Positions 18,159-29,112 of a DNA stretch of 64,000 nucleotides are shown here, in pieces. The stretch is from a virus: the IMG/VR virus record IMGVR_UViG_3300006052_000009, positions 1 to 64,000 of that record; one strand, written 5' to 3'. Made by a program: the position numbers and the translations under genes. Below the pieces are notes generated by a model. That model made no database searches. It was not told the origin of the DNA and saw nothing but the letters and a program-made list of their open reading frames with translations. Each line of letters begins with the position of its first letter. The stretch's first letter is position 1.

Positions 18159-18596
18159 ATGAGTGAATTTGAAAGACAACAAAAACTAGAAGAAAAGGAG
18201 CAACTTAATACCATCTTTCGCATCACGCGATTTGTTGGTACTTCTTTAATCCTTGTAATCGGACTGCTGATGTGGGGGTGTCCCAACTACAACGTATATC
18301 AGCAGAACTTAGAAGGTGAGGCTGAACTCGCAAGAGCCACTCAGAACAGGCAGATTAAAATTCAGGAGGCCAGAGCAAAGATGGAGGCTGCAAAAGATTT
18401 GGCCACGGCAGAGATCATTCGTGCCGAGGGTGTTGCTAAGGCAAACGCAATCATCGGTGAGAGTCTTAAGAACAATGAAAGCTACTTGCGCTATCTTTGG
18501 ATCGACAACATGGATAAGACTGAGAACCAAGTGATCTACATTCCAACTGAGGCTGGCTTACCTATACTTGAGGCAGGGAGACTGAAGAAACCATGA
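18159..18596 (+). CDS. membrane-anchored SPFH/prohibitin-coiled-coil-like protein
   Basis: TM segment, AEGVAKANAII.ESL...YLRYLWI, VIYIPTEAGLPILEA. Confidence 0.7.
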   Translation: MSEFERQQKLEEKEQLNTIFRITRFVGTSLILVIGLLMWGCPNYNVYQQNLEGEAELARATQNRQIKIQEARAKMEAAKDLATAEIIRAEGVAKANAIIGESLKNNESYLRYLWIDNMDKTENQVIYIPTEAGLPILEAGRLKKP

Positions 18597-19084
18597 CTTT
18601 CAAAGACACCGACATCTTCAAAAAGTACAAGCATCCGAACAAGGAGAAGGTGCTCAAGTACGTGGAGTTCATGAACGACAAGAACTCCACGTACATACGC
18701 ATTGAGAACATTGAGGAACGCAAGAAGGCATGCCAGCATGCGAGTGGATTGGATATCGTACCTGAAGACAAGGACTACAAAGACTTGGTGGTGTACTACC
18801 TGAGTTACTGGCAACATCACAACAAGTTCTCGTTGCTTAGAACAAGGGAGGATTTGCTGATTGAAACCTTAAAAAACATGAATGAGCCAATAGATGAGAA
18901 ATCAGATGAGGATCAACGATTAAAAAATGTTAAATTGAAACTTGATTTGGATATTCTTGCAAATCGATTAATCGAGGGGATTGAAGAATTATACAATTCT
19001 ATTTATGGTGATTTTAAAAAAGAAGGTGAGGAGCACATAAAACAAGCATTAAGCCCTGAGCAAAGACTTAAAAATAAAAAATAG
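18593..19084 (+). CDS. hypothetical protein, possible terminase small subunit
   Basis: 163 aa, helical, upstream of TerL; function inferred from position. Confidence 0.45.
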   Translation: MTFKDTDIFKKYKHPNKEKVLKYVEFMNDKNSTYIRIENIEERKKACQHASGLDIVPEDKDYKDLVVYYLSYWQHHNKFSLLRTREDLLIETLKNMNEPIDEKSDEDQRLKNVKLKLDLDILANRLIEGIEELYNSIYGDFKKEGEEHIKQALSPEQRLKNKK

Positions 19085-19870
19085 ATGCAAACTGGAGTTT
19101 ACACTATTACTAATAAAATAACCAATCAGATTTATGTTGGTTCCACTGGTAAAAGTTTTAAAGAAAGATGGTGGAAACACAAAAATCAATTCAAGCTAGG
19201 TAACCATTACAATCCATATTTAAGATACGCTGTTGCTTTTTATGGGATAGATAATTTTGAGTTTGAAGTTTTAGAAGAATGCGAACCAAGTCATTGCGTA
19301 TTCATGGAGCAGTATTGGATGAATTTACTTTGCTCATATGATTTAAATTTTGGATACAACTTTAAAACCAATGTAACTAGCAATTTAGGTGCAAAGCATT
19401 CAGAAGAAACCAAGCGAAAAATTTCATTAGGTAATAAAGGAAAAATAAGCCCAATGCGTGGAAAAAAATTGTCTGAGGAAACAAAGGCAAAAATGAGTAA
19501 GTCTCAATCTGGACGTAAAATGAAGGAAGAATTTTGTATTAAAAATGGATTAAGAAAAAAAGGTAATAAATACTGGTTGGGTAAAAAACATTCTGAAGCC
19601 ACAAAAAAAAGATTGTCGCAATATAGAACAGGCAAACAATCGCCCATGAAAGGAGTAAAATTTTCAGAAGAACGCATCAACCAAATGATTACAAACCCCA
19701 TCAGAAAAAAAACAATTTTACAATTTAATAAAGAAGGAGTTTTTATAAAAGAATGGCCATCAATAAGAGGTGCAGCAAGAATTCTAAATTTGCAACATTC
19801 AAATATTGCCTCTTGCGCAAAAGGAATAGCTAAATCTTGTGGTGGATTCATTTGGAAATTTTATTCCTAA
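19085..19870 (+). CDS. free-standing GIY-YIG homing endonuclease (NUMOD3/NUMOD1)
   Basis: GVYTITN..IYVGST; HSEETKRKIS repeats; C-terminal NUMOD1; AT-rich. Confidence 0.9.
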   Translation: MQTGVYTITNKITNQIYVGSTGKSFKERWWKHKNQFKLGNHYNPYLRYAVAFYGIDNFEFEVLEECEPSHCVFMEQYWMNLLCSYDLNFGYNFKTNVTSNLGAKHSEETKRKISLGNKGKISPMRGKKLSEETKAKMSKSQSGRKMKEEFCIKNGLRKKGNKYWLGKKHSEATKKRLSQYRTGKQSPMKGVKFSEERINQMITNPIRKKTILQFNKEGVFIKEWPSIRGAARILNLQHSNIASCAKGIAKSCGGFIWKFYS

Positions 19871-19881
19871 CTTTGTCTACT

Positions 19882-20511
19882 ATGAAAAAGATTATCTTAA
19901 CACTTACACTCGTTGCAATAGCATTCTATTGCTATGAGTCACCGTTGCGAGATCGAAGATCACACCTAGCCAAGCCTCAAGCCTCCTTCTTGGAGGCTTT
20001 CGCATTTATAAAGGGGCATGAGGGACACTACGCAAATGATGTTTCAGATAGGGGTGGTGAGACATACACAGGCATCACTCGCAAGTGGAACAGAGATTGG
20101 AAGGGCTGGAAGTTCATCGATCAGGCCAAACCACTCAGGCAAAATGATAGCGTTGGTGGACTTGTTCCTCACTACGTGCTCGACTACTACCTCACCATCT
20201 GGGTGCGCGAAGGCTTTTATATGATAAGAGATCAGCAGGTTGCTAATTATGTGATGGACTTCCGGCTCAATGGAACCATTGGCACAATGATCACCAAGCG
20301 AGTGATGAGGGAGATGGGTGCAAAGATTGTAGTTAATAACGTGATGGACGAGGCAACTTGTATACAGATGAATAGATTGGATAAAAAAGAGTTTCTTAAA
20401 AGACTTAGCAATCGCAGGGTGCAGTTCTATCAGAATGTAGCAAGGCGCGATCCGAGTCAGAAGAAATTTCTAAACCACTGGCTGTATCGTGCAAGGCGAG
20501 TTCAAGTTTGA
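19882..20511 (+). CDS. glycoside hydrolase family 108 muramidase with N-terminal signal/anchor
   Basis: HEGHYAND.SDRGGETYTGIT; C-terminal QKKFLNHWLYR; start revised. Confidence 0.85.
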   Translation: MKKIILTLTLVAIAFYCYESPLRDRRSHLAKPQASFLEAFAFIKGHEGHYANDVSDRGGETYTGITRKWNRDWKGWKFIDQAKPLRQNDSVGGLVPHYVLDYYLTIWVREGFYMIRDQQVANYVMDFRLNGTIGTMITKRVMREMGAKIVVNNVMDEATCIQMNRLDKKEFLKRLSNRRVQFYQNVARRDPSQKKFLNHWLYRARRVQV

Positions 20512-20534
20512 TATCTTTGTGGGACTAACTGACA

Positions 20535-22673
20535 ATGTTTACTCCGACAAGTAATCCGTACAAGTTTCAATATCTCGTTACAGGCATCTCAGGTCCTGGC
20601 ATTGAACAAGTATATCTTCCCGAGCAGCCAAAGAAACTTCATTTCGAGAAAGAACAGAAGTTCATCAGACCAACTCCTCCAGAGTATTTAAGGGACTGGA
20701 TGGATGAGTTTGAACAAGAACGTGAACTGGATGATAACTACATTCACCCTCATCAGGCCGAGCTAAACAAGTGGGAGGAACAAGAGTTTGAAAGAGTAAC
20801 AAATGGGTTCTGGTTCTGGAACAATGGAACACCAACCTATCTCACAGGTGATTACTATAAATACTTAACTCAATGGCAACCGTTGTTTGGCCATCCAGAC
20901 TTTAGGGAAGCAGACAAAGAAGTATTCTATTGGATAAAATATTGGGAGGAGGATCCCGAGTGTTATGGGGGAGTTTATAATACTCTTCGCAGGGCTGGTA
21001 AAAGCACAACAATGGGATTCTGGATTCTTAACAGAACATCCACCAACTTCAAACATCTCTCCGGAATGCAGGGAGAGGATGACACCAAGATCAGAAATTT
21101 TTACAATGAAATGGTGATTGATCCATTTTATAAACTTCCATACTACTCCAAGCCTACATACGATACCACAACGCTACAGAAGAAAGGAATTATCTTCAAA
21201 GATCCACCCAAGCGTAACAGACGCAGAATAGTATCAAAGGATAAGTTAGTCCTTGAATCTAAAATGGATTTTAGAACAAGCGAAGCCAATAAATATGATC
21301 AGGCTAAACTTCATTCATACCTGATGGAGGAGCCTGGCAAAACAATTTCGGTTGATGTATCTCAACGATGGGCATTTGTGAAGCCTTGTTTAAGACTTGG
21401 TAAAAAAATAATTGGCAAGGCATTCTGGGCAACAACTGTTGAGTTCATGGATGCGGCTGATCGTGGAGGTCGAGCCTATAAGAAAGTTTGTTTCGAGTCT
21501 GACTTTGACAGGCGCACTAAACTTGGACAGACTAAGTCGGGAATGTATGCTGCTATGATGCCTGCGGACTGTGCATACGAAGGATTCATTGACGATTGGG
21601 GAAGGCCAATGCGTGAGAAGGCAAGACAAAATATTCTCGATGAGCGTGAAGCATACAAAGACAATCCTAAAGATTACTCTGCACTCATCAGAAAGTTTCC
21701 TCTCAATTGGAACGAAGTATTTTACATCTCTGCCGACAAGTGCGAGTTCAATGCGACTATACTTCAAGACAGGAGATCAGAATTATTGATGAACCCTCCT
21801 CAATTGCGTTTGGTCAATCTACGATGGGCAGACAATGAACGGTTCTCTCGCGTCCAATGGTTTGACGATCCTGACAATGGGTGGCTTAAGCTCGGATGGC
21901 TTCCAAGAGATGAGAAAGAAAGAGAGTGGCTCAACAATGTGGAAGAAAGGTTTGAGAATGGCAGAACGAAATATATTCCAAGGAACACCAACATCTTCGG
22001 TTCAGGTGTTGACCCTATCGATCACGGTGTGGTGGTAACGGATTCCATGACCAACGATAGTGAGTTTGTGTCCTCACGCAGATCGCGTCCTGTTCTATTC
22101 GTCAAACGCAAGTACGACTCGTCTATCGATGGACAGATAAGCCAAGAACTTCTCGAGCAACGGGCAAGAGAAAAATATCCATACGTCACAGGCAAATACA
22201 TCGCCATGATGGACCGCAGGCCGAGTGACCCTAACGTCATGTTCGAACGTGCGCTCATGGTGTGCTGGCTGTTTGGCACTCAACTCAACGTAGAGCACCA
22301 GAAGCCTGGCATCATCAACTGGTTCAATGATGCAGGCTGTGAGGAGTTCCTTCAGGACAAATACGTTCCCATCGAAGCTCTACGCAAAAAATCCGATGAC
22401 CAGAAGGGCACACCAGCCTCAGCGATGATGATCCAAGAGTATACCTCTGCCATCGCCACCGATGTAGAATACTTTGGACACACCTACATTTTCCTCGAAA
22501 TGATTGACGATGACCTTGTCTTTGATCCACTTAACACCAAGGTGCATGACTACACCGTGGCTCAGGGAATGACCGAGATTGGGTGCAAGATCAGACCGAA
22601 ACAAGTTGCATTGCCTGTAAAGGACATCACAGACTACTTCAGAGTATACAAAAAGCCAGAAAGGAAGTATTAA
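20535..22673 (+). CDS. terL: terminase large subunit
   Basis: Walker A RRAGKST, Walker B LMEEPGK, nuclease GVDPID; precedes portal. Confidence 0.9.
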   Translation: MFTPTSNPYKFQYLVTGISGPGIEQVYLPEQPKKLHFEKEQKFIRPTPPEYLRDWMDEFEQERELDDNYIHPHQAELNKWEEQEFERVTNGFWFWNNGTPTYLTGDYYKYLTQWQPLFGHPDFREADKEVFYWIKYWEEDPECYGGVYNTLRRAGKSTTMGFWILNRTSTNFKHLSGMQGEDDTKIRNFYNEMVIDPFYKLPYYSKPTYDTTTLQKKGIIFKDPPKRNRRRIVSKDKLVLESKMDFRTSEANKYDQAKLHSYLMEEPGKTISVDVSQRWAFVKPCLRLGKKIIGKAFWATTVEFMDAADRGGRAYKKVCFESDFDRRTKLGQTKSGMYAAMMPADCAYEGFIDDWGRPMREKARQNILDEREAYKDNPKDYSALIRKFPLNWNEVFYISADKCEFNATILQDRRSELLMNPPQLRLVNLRWADNERFSRVQWFDDPDNGWLKLGWLPRDEKEREWLNNVEERFENGRTKYIPRNTNIFGSGVDPIDHGVVVTDSMTNDSEFVSSRRSRPVLFVKRKYDSSIDGQISQELLEQRAREKYPYVTGKYIAMMDRRPSDPNVMFERALMVCWLFGTQLNVEHQKPGIINWFNDAGCEEFLQDKYVPIEALRKKSDDQKGTPASAMMIQEYTSAIATDVEYFGHTYIFLEMIDDDLVFDPLNTKVHDYTVAQGMTEIGCKIRPKQVALPVKDITDYFRVYKKPERKY

Positions 22674-22709
22674 TAAGTTTTTAATTAACTTTGGGAAAAT
22701 TGCTTCTTA

Positions 22710-25112
22710 GTGAGTAATAATTCCCAATACCCATTTCCTGATGAGTGGGCACCGCCCAAGAAAAAAGAAAGCATGGAGTACGGCCTTCAAGCAGCAAAGG
22801 CTATATACTTCTCAACCAACAGATACGGATATAGATTGTTTAATGATACGAGTTCATTCAATGCACTTGTAGAACTTGCTCAAGGCCGCCAGTCTTCCGA
22901 TAATATTTACCGAATGCTGGGCTTTTATCAAGACCGTGGCCTCACCAATGATGACAATGGTTCGCTTGCATACATCGATGTGCAGGTGCTCAATCTGATT
23001 ACGAAATATGTGAACAGAGCTGTTGCGAAGTTGCAGCGGTATAAGTACGATGTTTCTTTTACGGCAGTTGATCCATTGAGTGTCGATGAGCAGAAGCAGA
23101 GGAGTGCTCAGATCAAGACGCTGTATGAACTCAAGGATTGGTTTACAAAGTTGAAGGTCGATCCGCAACAGATGTTTCCAGAACTGGAAGTGAATCAATT
23201 GCCAGAGTATCCAGACGAGTTGATGTTCAATCTGTCGGCCAACTCGAAGATCAGAAAGATTGTCGATGCGGAGAAGACGATGAAGCTGGTTAATGGGACG
23301 ATCAACGACATGGATCAGGTGATGAGGGAGATTGATTGGGACTTGACGGTGATAGGAAGAGGCCATGCGCATTGTTACTTAGATGAGAATGGCATCCCAA
23401 GGACGAAGAGGATTAATCCCAAGTTCTGGGGTGGAAGCTATGTAGAGAATGAGAATTTTACTAATCAGGAATATGCGTTCTTCATTGATTTCATTACGAG
23501 AAATCAGTTTAAGACGGAGGCGCAAGGACTACTGACGCAGGCCGAGATGGATGAGGCGATTGCTGCCCATGCGTATCCGAACACAGCAGCAAGTTTCGGA
23601 ACATTGCCACAGTATTACGACAACTATGACGGTCTGGAGTACATTCCAGTGATGAGGTATTACTTCCTGAGCAATGACAATGTTGCCTATAAGATTTGGG
23701 ACAACAAGGAGACAGGCAACAGGATGATGGACATGACGCACTATGACTACAAGCCTACGCAGGCGAGTACGAAGGACCAGAAGATAGTGCAGAATTCTTT
23801 CACCAGCGTTTACGGTGGAACTTGGATAGTCGACTCCGAACTTGTATACAATCATCGGAGGGTGAATATGCCACGCACGGCACTGGTTAACTCTCGCCTG
23901 CCGATCATTACGTTCGCACCGAACATGAAGGAGGGCAGGATCGTGAGTGTGGTGGCGCAACTCGAGGAGATGGCCTTCATGCTCAATGTTGCCTGGAATA
24001 GGATGAAGGATATCTTGGCTAAGGGCAGAATGGGTGTGATCGAGTTGAACCTGACAGCCATTGAGAACATTGCACTCGGCAAGGGTGGCAAGCAGTGGAC
24101 CGAGAGAGAGGCTGTCGACTTCTTCTTGCAGAGCAACATTTGGGCAACAAGACAGAATACGAATCAGTACGGCCAGAACATAGGCAACTCGCTGAAGGAG
24201 TCTTCGGCTGGGCTTACGATCACGGACTATTTGCAGACGATTACTACCTGCATCAAGATGATGGACGAGATCACGGGATCCTCGGTGGTGGAGTCGGCTA
24301 CGTTGCCTGATCGGTTGACCACTGGTAACATGGAGGCACAACTAGCCGCAGGCAGCGATGCGATTGAATACTTGATCAATGGCCGTCAGCAGATATTCAA
24401 GCAGGTGTGTCACATGAATATGTTACTCACCCAACAGGCGAAGTTGAACAAGGTGCACATTCAGGGCATGATACCCGCGCTAGGTACATCAACGACTGAG
24501 TTCTTTGAGGTGCCCGATGAGATTGCATATTGTGACTACGGTCTTCAGATGCAGCCATCGCCAGGACAGGAGGAGTGGAATCAGTTCTTCATGGAACTCA
24601 TGGAGGCACAGAAGGAAGGAAGAGTTAACGCATCGGATGCGGCATTCATCAGGCAGGTTAAAGATTTGACGTTGGCTCGTTATGTGCTGGCCACTCGCGA
24701 GAAGATCAACGAGGCCAAGAATCAGAAGATGGCACAGCAACAACAACAGTTCCAGATGCAGAGTGCAGATCAAGCCAACCAGTTAAGGTTGCAGACAGAG
24801 ATGCAGTTGCTTGAGAAGAAGAAGCAGGACGAGCAGGAGAACATGCTGATACAGGCAAGGATCGATGAGGCATTGCTACAGCGTAAAGCAACATTTGATG
24901 CTGAGATCAATAAGATGGCCGATGCTATGAAGGCAACCATCGCCAAGCAATCGGGCATCGACACGGTGCTCAAGGAGGCAATGAGAAGCAAGTCTAATGA
25001 CTACAAGTCGGACAAACAGCATGAGGCCAAGGTGCTCGATGCACAGACAAAACTGGCGACCGCTGCACTTCAGGCAGCCTCTAAAAAGAAAGAAAAAGCG
25101 GAAGCAAAATAA
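22710..25112 (+). CDS. portal protein
   Basis: 800 aa after TerL, Q-rich coiled C-terminus; GTG start. Confidence 0.85.
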   Translation: MSNNSQYPFPDEWAPPKKKESMEYGLQAAKAIYFSTNRYGYRLFNDTSSFNALVELAQGRQSSDNIYRMLGFYQDRGLTNDDNGSLAYIDVQVLNLITKYVNRAVAKLQRYKYDVSFTAVDPLSVDEQKQRSAQIKTLYELKDWFTKLKVDPQQMFPELEVNQLPEYPDELMFNLSANSKIRKIVDAEKTMKLVNGTINDMDQVMREIDWDLTVIGRGHAHCYLDENGIPRTKRINPKFWGGSYVENENFTNQEYAFFIDFITRNQFKTEAQGLLTQAEMDEAIAAHAYPNTAASFGTLPQYYDNYDGLEYIPVMRYYFLSNDNVAYKIWDNKETGNRMMDMTHYDYKPTQASTKDQKIVQNSFTSVYGGTWIVDSELVYNHRRVNMPRTALVNSRLPIITFAPNMKEGRIVSVVAQLEEMAFMLNVAWNRMKDILAKGRMGVIELNLTAIENIALGKGGKQWTEREAVDFFLQSNIWATRQNTNQYGQNIGNSLKESSAGLTITDYLQTITTCIKMMDEITGSSVVESATLPDRLTTGNMEAQLAAGSDAIEYLINGRQQIFKQVCHMNMLLTQQAKLNKVHIQGMIPALGTSTTEFFEVPDEIAYCDYGLQMQPSPGQEEWNQFFMELMEAQKEGRVNASDAAFIRQVKDLTLARYVLATREKINEAKNQKMAQQQQQFQMQSADQANQLRLQTEMQLLEKKKQDEQENMLIQARIDEALLQRKATFDAEINKMADAMKATIAKQSGIDTVLKEAMRSKSNDYKSDKQHEAKVLDAQTKLATAALQAASKKKEKAEAK

Positions 25113-25143
25113 TTTGTGCAAAAAGCATAAAATATTTTTTATC

Positions 25144-25151
25144 TATCTTTG
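25144..25151 (+). promoter_or_regulatory. TATCTTTG -7 promoter box (similar boxes at 19868, 20512, 22686, 42584, 49087, 59056)
   Basis: TAnnTTTG consensus in intergenic gaps before late genes. Confidence 0.65.
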
Positions 25152-25171
25152 AATAACTAACCAACAATTTT

Positions 25172-26395
25172 ATGGCAGAAGAAGTAGCGGAAGTAAAGGA
25201 GATGGAGAAAGTATACGATATCTCCCAAGGCAAATATGTAGAGAAAGAAAAGGAGCCTGTCAAAATAAAGGAAAAGCCATCCAACCCTATTCCGGATTAC
25301 GATGAAGAGGGCAAGGAAGTAAAGCCTGTCAAAGAATCCAAAGCAAAAAAAGAACCAGAAGAAGAGGAGGAAGTTGAAGAAGTAGAGGCGAAAGAGCCTG
25401 ACTTTAACTCCTACCTTAAAGAAAAATATTCCATCGATGATGAGGATCAACTTCAAAAGATTCTCGATTCAAACCAAAAATTTGAGGCGCAGATCGAGGA
25501 ACTTAAGAAGGCATCAAAGGATCCTGTATACAAATCAGACAAGCAGAAAAAATTGATCGAATGGCTTGATCAGTCTGGTTACGATCTCGATAAAATAGGT
25601 GACGGACTCGAGTCTGCCGCCACGCTCATGAACCTCAATGTCGAGAAACTAGAGGACCGCAAGGCACTCGAGGAGGCATTCATCATCGACAATACCGACA
25701 TCACCAGAGAAGAGGCGAAGAAGTTATTCGCTAGGGATTACAAGAAATATAACCTCAACGAGGAGGATTTCGCTGACGAGGCTGAGTTCAAAGAAGCTCA
25801 GGAACTGGCCGACATCCAACGTAAGAAGGATGTAGCGAAGGCAAAAAAAGTTCTTTTGGCCAACCAAGAAAAACTCAAAGCCACCGAGCCAGAGAAGAAA
25901 AAAGAAGAGGCACCGAAAGAAGTTACTGCACCGAAGGAGGCTGTGGAGTTCTATTCAAAGCAAATCAACGACATTTTTACCCAGCCTGACGGAAAGAAAT
26001 TTGATCGGTTTATCTTCGAGGATGACAACGATCCCAACATCAAGATCACAGTAAAAATCCCCGAAGACAAGTTGAAGTTCTTGAAGGAAATGTCTATTGA
26101 CTACCTCAAAAACACGACCTTGTATGATCAGAATAAAAAAATTCCTAATTTTGATCCGCAGAAACATATCAAGCAAGTCTTCGATGCGCTGTATGGCGAT
26201 TGGAAAGATGAGCAGATGTTCAAGCAAATAACCACACTTGCCAAATCACTTAGAGCCGAGCAGTTAGCTGGCTTCAAGCCAACGAAAGAAAGCAAGAGTG
26301 GAGGAAAGGGAGATGGTATTCCATCATACAGCGATCAGTTTAAGGAACTGGCACGTAAAGCGAAAATAGATAGAGAGAGAAGCGGAGTACGCTAA
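25172..26395 (+). CDS. capsid scaffolding protein
   Basis: very acidic, K/E-rich, between portal and major capsid gene. Confidence 0.7.
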   Translation: MAEEVAEVKEMEKVYDISQGKYVEKEKEPVKIKEKPSNPIPDYDEEGKEVKPVKESKAKKEPEEEEEVEEVEAKEPDFNSYLKEKYSIDDEDQLQKILDSNQKFEAQIEELKKASKDPVYKSDKQKKLIEWLDQSGYDLDKIGDGLESAATLMNLNVEKLEDRKALEEAFIIDNTDITREEAKKLFARDYKKYNLNEEDFADEAEFKEAQELADIQRKKDVAKAKKVLLANQEKLKATEPEKKKEEAPKEVTAPKEAVEFYSKQINDIFTQPDGKKFDRFIFEDDNDPNIKITVKIPEDKLKFLKEMSIDYLKNTTLYDQNKKIPNFDPQKHIKQVFDALYGDWKDEQMFKQITTLAKSLRAEQLAGFKPTKESKSGGKGDGIPSYSDQFKELARKAKIDRERSGVR

Positions 26396-26441
26396 TTTTT
26401 TAAGTCAGGGAGAATTTTTTATCAAAAAAAAATAATCCCCA

Positions 26442-27923
26442 ATGGCAACGCCAATAACAACAGTAAATACCTATCGGGATTTCTCGTTTGCTTCTTCGGA
26501 GCAATACCCAGTTATCTCCAACATTGAGTTCCTTTTGGAACCACAGATCGTAAAAGAACTTTTCAACATCAACCCACTCCAGACCGACATCGGTGACTTC
26601 ATGAAAATGGGGTTAATGGAAAAAGTGGAAGGTGAAGAAATCATCCACCGTGAAATGCGTCAGATTTTGTCTGCGCCATTTGTAAACACGGACACCACGC
26701 AGACCAACGTGTACGGAACTGCATCGGTAGGTAACGGTGACCCCGCTGCCTTCTCAGGTTTGCAGTACATTCAACTTTCAGCCGCATCTCACTCCCCAGG
26801 TACCGGTGTTAACTCGCTTGACTTCTCATATCCTCGTCAGGGGATGGTGATCGAATTCAACGGTCAGCAGTTCTGGAGAGTACAAGGTAAGCGCGACTCA
26901 CAAGGTGGACTGTATGCAGGCGCACACCGCTTGTATATCACCCAATTGATTGGAACCTCGCTTCCTTTATCGAGCATCATCAACCTGAACGGTTCTACCT
27001 ACGGTGGTAACCAGATCACGGTACCTGCTCCAGCATTTGAAGAAGCTACCTACGGTATGCAACAAGGGTTGATTCCTACCTTCACCAACATCAGGTCTTA
27101 CCTGACTACTTTCGGTGAAGTGTACACGACCACTGACAAGCAGTTGACCAACAGGTCATATCCTATCGTCAACCCTGCAACGGGCGAGACTATCAACTTC
27201 TGGTATGTTCTCGGAAGCCGTACAACTGAAGAGTTGTTCATGCTTCAAATGGCAATGGGCTTGTTCGTGATGCCATCTGCCGATGCAAACGCTGTGGCTT
27301 ACGATCCAGTATCCGGAACAAACAAGTCGCTGACCACCTCTGGTGGTTACATCCCTACACTTCAAGCCAATGCGCCTCTGAAGCAGTACGATGATCAAGT
27401 GACGCTGACCTTGTTCAAGGATTTGTATCGCTTGAGAAACCGTTTGAACCAATCAGGCGACACCCTGATGTGGCATGGTCCTGAATTCGCGTTCAGAGTT
27501 TCTGACTTGATCACTCAGTTAGGAGACAATGGTTCGATCATCTATGATCGCCCAGCAGTCGACCTTGAGATCAGCACCATCGCTCTGCCTGGCGCGAAGT
27601 TCCACTTGAAAGGTCTTCGTATCCTTGACAATCCTCAGTTGACCAACATCCCTGGCCGTCCTTACCCATGGTACTTCATCGCGAAGCCTATGGACAAGAA
27701 GGAAGATGCCAAGACTGGTATTCCGATGGATTGCTTTACCATCATGTATAAGCAACAGATGGGTGGTGGCGCAAGGGGCTACTACAAGGTATGGCAGACT
27801 GGTGCCTATGCACCCGTTCCGACCTCTACTCAACGTGTGTGCCAGACCAACTACGCTTCCGAAGAAGGAATCCGTGTTGTGGCTGCATCCAAGCACATCT
27901 TGGGACAAGGTTCTCAGTTCTAA
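26442..27923 (+). CDS. major capsid protein
   Basis: 493 aa after scaffold, followed by a strong terminator; size and position as in Crassvirales-like phages. Confidence 0.8.
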   Translation: MATPITTVNTYRDFSFASSEQYPVISNIEFLLEPQIVKELFNINPLQTDIGDFMKMGLMEKVEGEEIIHREMRQILSAPFVNTDTTQTNVYGTASVGNGDPAAFSGLQYIQLSAASHSPGTGVNSLDFSYPRQGMVIEFNGQQFWRVQGKRDSQGGLYAGAHRLYITQLIGTSLPLSSIINLNGSTYGGNQITVPAPAFEEATYGMQQGLIPTFTNIRSYLTTFGEVYTTTDKQLTNRSYPIVNPATGETINFWYVLGSRTTEELFMLQMAMGLFVMPSADANAVAYDPVSGTNKSLTTSGGYIPTLQANAPLKQYDDQVTLTLFKDLYRLRNRLNQSGDTLMWHGPEFAFRVSDLITQLGDNGSIIYDRPAVDLEISTIALPGAKFHLKGLRILDNPQLTNIPGRPYPWYFIAKPMDKKEDAKTGIPMDCFTIMYKQQMGGGARGYYKVWQTGAYAPVPTSTQRVCQTNYASEEGIRVVAASKHILGQGSQF

Positions 27924-27930
27924 TTTCAGT

Positions 27931-27964
27931 GAGGGGATGGAACTAACCATCCCCTCTTTTTTTT
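27931..27964 (+). terminator. intrinsic terminator
   Basis: gaggggatgg-aactaa-ccatcccctc plus T8. Confidence 0.9.
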
Positions 27965-27982
27965 ACTTAACCGACAAAAACA

Positions 27983-28987
27983 ATGACAAAGGTAACCGAC
28001 AGTGCCTTGGATGAATTCTTAGTAACGAAATCACCAGCACCATTAAAAACAGAATCGAAAGCCAAACCAAAGGGCACCCGTTTCGGGCGATTCAGAATTC
28101 CTCCCTCAATTAATCTATCTCCTCAGATGTTGCCGCCACTCACCAGAAACAAGATGGCAATCTATGAAGTTGTCAATGTGGCTCGCGATGGCAGGCAGTT
28201 GACTAGAGAAGTGAATGGGAAGACAATACAGGTAAACAACATTGGAGAAATTCCACCTGTACAACTTTCGCCTGTATACAAAATTTACGACAGGTTCGAG
28301 GAGGACTTGGCTCGTAGAATGAAGACAATGGTCTTCTCGGATGAAATCAATGTTCAGGAATATTTCAACACAGTTGCAAAAAACATTGATCCGACAACGA
28401 CAATGAAATTGGAGATGCCTGAATTGTTGAATGGACAGGTAATCGTTGATTGCGAGGCCAATTACACAAAATACGTGTGGTGGGAACTACACCCTTTGAA
28501 CGACAGTAACAAGTTCAGAGATAAAACAAAGACTCCTTTATTCAAAAGAGCCGATGTTCATTATTCTTCTCCTCATCTTCAATTGATGAAGATGGACTTG
28601 CAACGTGATGCGGAAGAATATGTAATCAAATTGAATGCTGAGAAATTGATTAATCTCGCCTCTGCATTTGGAATTCCATCCTCTGTTTCTATTCAGGACA
28701 TGAGACTTGATCTTCGTATCAAGGCCAAGAATAATCCGGAGGAGGTATTGTTCAAGTCTCCCGAGAAACATGCGGCCACACTTCGGTTGGCGGTAAGTTG
28801 CATGGACTTGTCCATCATCGATTACAATTCAGCGACACAGGAATTCTTTTTCCCTCACGCTGACGAGCCATTCTTTACGGTGCCATTGGATCAGACACCA
28901 CTCGAGGCATTAGCCAAGTGGCTTACCACCGAGGAGGGAGAGGAAGCTAAAACTTATTTAGAGACAACTGTCTCTTTCTGGAAATAA
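27983..28987 (+). CDS. hypothetical protein downstream of the major capsid gene
   Basis: 334-aa ORF. Confidence 0.75.
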   Translation: MTKVTDSALDEFLVTKSPAPLKTESKAKPKGTRFGRFRIPPSINLSPQMLPPLTRNKMAIYEVVNVARDGRQLTREVNGKTIQVNNIGEIPPVQLSPVYKIYDRFEEDLARRMKTMVFSDEINVQEYFNTVAKNIDPTTTMKLEMPELLNGQVIVDCEANYTKYVWWELHPLNDSNKFRDKTKTPLFKRADVHYSSPHLQLMKMDLQRDAEEYVIKLNAEKLINLASAFGIPSSVSIQDMRLDLRIKAKNNPEEVLFKSPEKHAATLRLAVSCMDLSIIDYNSATQEFFFPHADEPFFTVPLDQTPLEALAKWLTTEEGEEAKTYLETTVSFWK

Positions 28988-29049
28988 GTTGTAATTTTAT
29001 CTCGCGCCTGACCAGCGTTACGTTCTTACAAAGCCTAGTACGTTTATTG

Positions 29050-29080
29050 AAAGCCCCACATCTTACGGTGGGGCTTTTTT
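29050..29080 (+). terminator. intrinsic terminator
   Basis: aaagccccac-N8-gtggggcttt plus T tract. Confidence 0.85.
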
Positions 29081-29112
29081 ATTGGCATCAATTTTATCCT
29101 TAACTTGCAATT

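Noticed and set aside
19085-19870. Group I intron around the GIY-YIG gene
   Set aside because: The ORF abuts complete genes on both sides, leaving no room for an intron core and no split host gene.
22854-24341. Long antisense ORFs in the portal gene (also 11780-12379, 36639-37325)
   Set aside because: Shadow ORFs from codon bias on the coding strand; no motifs or leaders.
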